Assembly (NCBI GenBank): GCA_003170135.1
Contig: PMZR01000140.1
Location: 4,382 to 68,381 of the forward strand
Origin: Acidobacteriota bacterium
Lineage (GTDB): Bacteria; Acidobacteriota; Vicinamibacteria; Vicinamibacterales; Fen-181
Direction of reading: 5' to 3'
DNA length: 64,000 nucleotides
The position numbers and the translations under genes were made by a program. Below, piece after piece: positions 62,130-64,000 of this stretch. The notes under the pieces are model-generated. The model did no database searches and was not told where the DNA came from. It worked only from the letters and a program-made list of their open reading frames with translations. Position 1 is the stretch's first letter. Each line of letters begins with the position of its first letter.

Positions 62130-63530
62130 CTACGTCTTCTCCGTGTGTCCGACCTGGGCCTCGGGCAGCAGCCCGCGCATCTCGAAGATCGAGATCATCG
62201 GCAGCAGCCTGATGAACAGGAACAGCAGCGTCGAAAACAGCCCGATCGTGCCGAGGAACGTGGCCCAGTCCCAGACGGTCGGGTAATACATGCCCCACGA
62301 CGAGGGGTCGAAATCGCGGTGCAGGCTCGTGACGATGATCACGAACCGCTCGAGCCACATCCCGACATTCACCACGAGTGCCACGCAGAACAACGCGAGG
62401 ACGCTCCGGCGCACCCGTTTGAACCAGAGCGACTGCGGGATGATGACGTTGGTGAGGATGAGCGCCCAGTACGCCCAGTGGTACGGCCCGAGCATCCGGT
62501 TGAGCGTCATGTAGCGCTCGAAGACGTCCGCGCTGTAGAACGACATGAACGCTTCGATCGCGTAGCCATAGGCCACGATGAGGCCCGTGGCGAGCATCAC
62601 CTTCGCCATGTTGTCGAGGTGCCGCATCGTGATGAAATCGCCCAGCCCGTAGATCGCCCGCAACGGGATGGCGAGCGCCAGCACCATGGCGAAGCCGGAG
62701 TAGATGGCGCCGGCCACGAAGTACGGCGGGAAGATCGTCGTGTGCCACCCGGGAACGATCGAGATGGCGAAGTCGAAGCTCACCACGGTGTGCACCGAGA
62801 CGACCAGCGGTGTCGCCAGGCCCGCGAGCAGCAGGTAGGCGACCTCGTAGCGCGCCCAGTGCCGTCCGGAGCCGCGCCAGCCCAGCGCCCCGATGCCGTA
62901 CAGGACGCGGCCGACCTTCGAACGCGCGCGATCGCGCAGCGCCGCCAGGTCCGGCACGAGACCGACGTACCAGAAGAGGAGCGACACCGTCAGGTAGGTG
63001 GACACCGCGAAGACATCCCAGATGAGCGGGCTGCGGAACTGCGGCCACACGGTCATCGTGTTCGGATACGGCACCAGCCAGTACGCGAGCCAGGGCCGGC
63101 CGAGGTGCAGGACCGGGAACAGTCCCGCGCACGCCACGGCGAACAGGGTCATCGCCTCGGCGAAGCGGTTGATCGACTGGCGCCACTGCTGGTGCAGGAG
63201 CAGGAGGATCGCGGAGATGAGGGTGCCCGCGTGGCCGATCCCGATCCACCAGACGAAGTTGACGATGTCGAACCCCCACGCGACCGGGATGTTGATGCCC
63301 CAGATGCCCACGCCCTTGACGAACAGATACGTGCAGGCGACGAAGAGGATCATCACGAACACGAACGACAGGGCAAAGCCGCCCAGCCAGCCGATCCCGA
63401 CGCGGTTCGTCAGGACGATCGCGCTGATCTTGTCGGTGATCGATCCGAACGTGTGGCCGGGGGCAATGACCGGCGGCTCGCCGGTCAGCTTGTCCTCGGT
63501 CGTCGTCTCGGGCACGGGGCGTTGCGCCAT
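62130..63530 (-). CDS. actC: Alternative Complex III subunit ActC (NrfD/PsrC-family quinol-interacting membrane subunit)
   Basis: 466 aa polytopic. WGINIPVAWGFDIVNFVWWIGIGHAGTLISAILL is typical of NrfD-like ActC. Confidence 0.85.
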   Translation of the reverse strand: MAQRPVPETTTEDKLTGEPPVIAPGHTFGSITDKISAIVLTNRVGIGWLGGFALSFVFVMILFVACTYLFVKGVGIWGINIPVAWGFDIVNFVWWIGIGHAGTLISAILLLLHQQWRQSINRFAEAMTLFAVACAGLFPVLHLGRPWLAYWLVPYPNTMTVWPQFRSPLIWDVFAVSTYLTVSLLFWYVGLVPDLAALRDRARSKVGRVLYGIGALGWRGSGRHWARYEVAYLLLAGLATPLVVSVHTVVSFDFAISIVPGWHTTIFPPYFVAGAIYSGFAMVLALAIPLRAIYGLGDFITMRHLDNMAKVMLATGLIVAYGYAIEAFMSFYSADVFERYMTLNRMLGPYHWAYWALILTNVIIPQSLWFKRVRRSVLALFCVALVVNVGMWLERFVIIVTSLHRDFDPSSWGMYYPTVWDWATFLGTIGLFSTLLFLFIRLLPMISIFEMRGLLPEAQVGHTEKT

Positions 63531-63571
63531 CTCGCGTTGTCCTCACATCCGGCTGAAACCGGCCTCCCGTG

Positions 63572-63593
63572 GCACAGGACTTCAGTCCTGTGC
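63572..63593. repeat. REP-like palindrome, type 2 (GCACAGGAC-TTCA-GTCCTGTGC); its loop carries the actB stop codon
   Basis: Identical to the copy at 25303-25324. The minus-strand TGA at 63582-63584 lies in the loop. Confidence 0.9.
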
Positions 63594-64000
63594 GCTCTCT
63601 TTCCCGCTGCCGGGCGGCTCGATCTCCGGATTCGGATTTCGCACCGCCGCGAGGTACGTCGTGCGCGGTCGCGTGTTCAATTCGCCCAGCAGCGCGTAGT
63701 CGCGCGGGTCGTTCTTGAGCTTCGCCACCGCGCTCGTCGTGTCGTTGATGTTGCCGAAGGTGATCGCCTGGGCCGGGCACGCCGCCTGGCACGCCGTCAG
63801 GATCTCCCCGTCCCGCACCGGCCGGTTCTCTTTTTCGGCCTCGATCTTCCCCTCGTTGATGCGCTGCACGCAGTAGGTGCACTTCTCCATGACGCCGCGG
63901 CTTCGCACCGTCACGTCGGGATTGCGCTGCATCTTCAGGCTGGGCGTTTCCCAGTCGGAGTACAGGTAGAAGTTGAACCGGCGCACCTTGTACGGGCAGT
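63582..64000 (-). CDS. actB: Alternative Complex III subunit ActB, C-terminal 4Fe-4S ferredoxin part (5' end outside the window)
   Basis: [11 protein letters not shown]...[14 protein letters not shown] iron-sulfur cluster motifs. Followed by actC. Confidence 0.8.
   Translation of the reverse strand, partial: CPYKVRRFNFYLYSDWETPSLKMQRNPDVTVRSRGVMEKCTYCVQRINEGKIEAEKENRPVRDGEILTACQAACPAQAITFGNINDTTSAVAKLKNDPRDYALLGELNTRPRTTYLAAVRNPNPEIEPPGSGKESAQD

Overview
High-GC bacterial chromosome segment, densely coding, with about 56 protein genes and one tRNA. I infer an Acidobacteriota-like origin from three things: an ADOP-type duplicated FtsX permease, a protein with the VWFA-related acidobacterial domain, and an Alternative Complex III plus caa3 oxidase supercluster.

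Layout:
- 1-3158: right end of an integrative element (SpoVG-like protein, Xis-type HTH, small Cys protein, tyrosine integrase) abutting tRNA-Gln(CUG).
- 3.7-20.5 kb: housekeeping and exported enzymes. These are an MlrC/M81 peptidase, two radical SAM proteins in the window overall, two tandem TPR plus thioredoxin-like paralogues, an ICMT-family methyltransferase, a DksA-finger/PP2C fusion, ferritin, a DsbA-like protein, a GH38 mannosidase and a C69 dipeptidase.
- 20.6-28 kb: a poly-gamma-glutamate locus (pgsB, pgsC and a PGA system protein, with no pgsA). It is divergent from an operon encoding a secreted protein, a DctM-like permease, a 50-aa membrane protein and an M14/AstE-like zinc hydrolase.
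- 28-54 kb: mixed genes, including a disrupted BNR/sortilin-type gene, an M28 and an M1 peptidase, trxC, a HAD-SpoU fusion, xth, glnS, lpxD, an SPFH/RHH pair, ald and a CoA-transferase.
- 54.4-64 kb: one long minus-strand respiratory operon, actB(partial)-actC-actD-actE-actF-membrane protein-SCO-coxB-ctaD-ctaE-ctaF.

Most interesting observations:
1. A pervasive family of tandem arrays with a 7-nt period, at 17 loci and about 1.3 kb by my count. They often occur as inverted pairs that could fold into long block-mismatched hairpins. They fill intercistronic gaps almost exactly, including gaps inside the respiratory operon.
2. A TlpA/redoxin-family gene whose only in-frame stop is a TGA at the first Cys of the CxxC motif, followed by a SECIS-like hairpin. 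This is a candidate selenoprotein.
3. Short palindromic REP-like elements that are intergenic elsewhere but are also embedded in frame inside pgsB.

All calls come from reading the sequence and ORF translations by eye. No database search was run.
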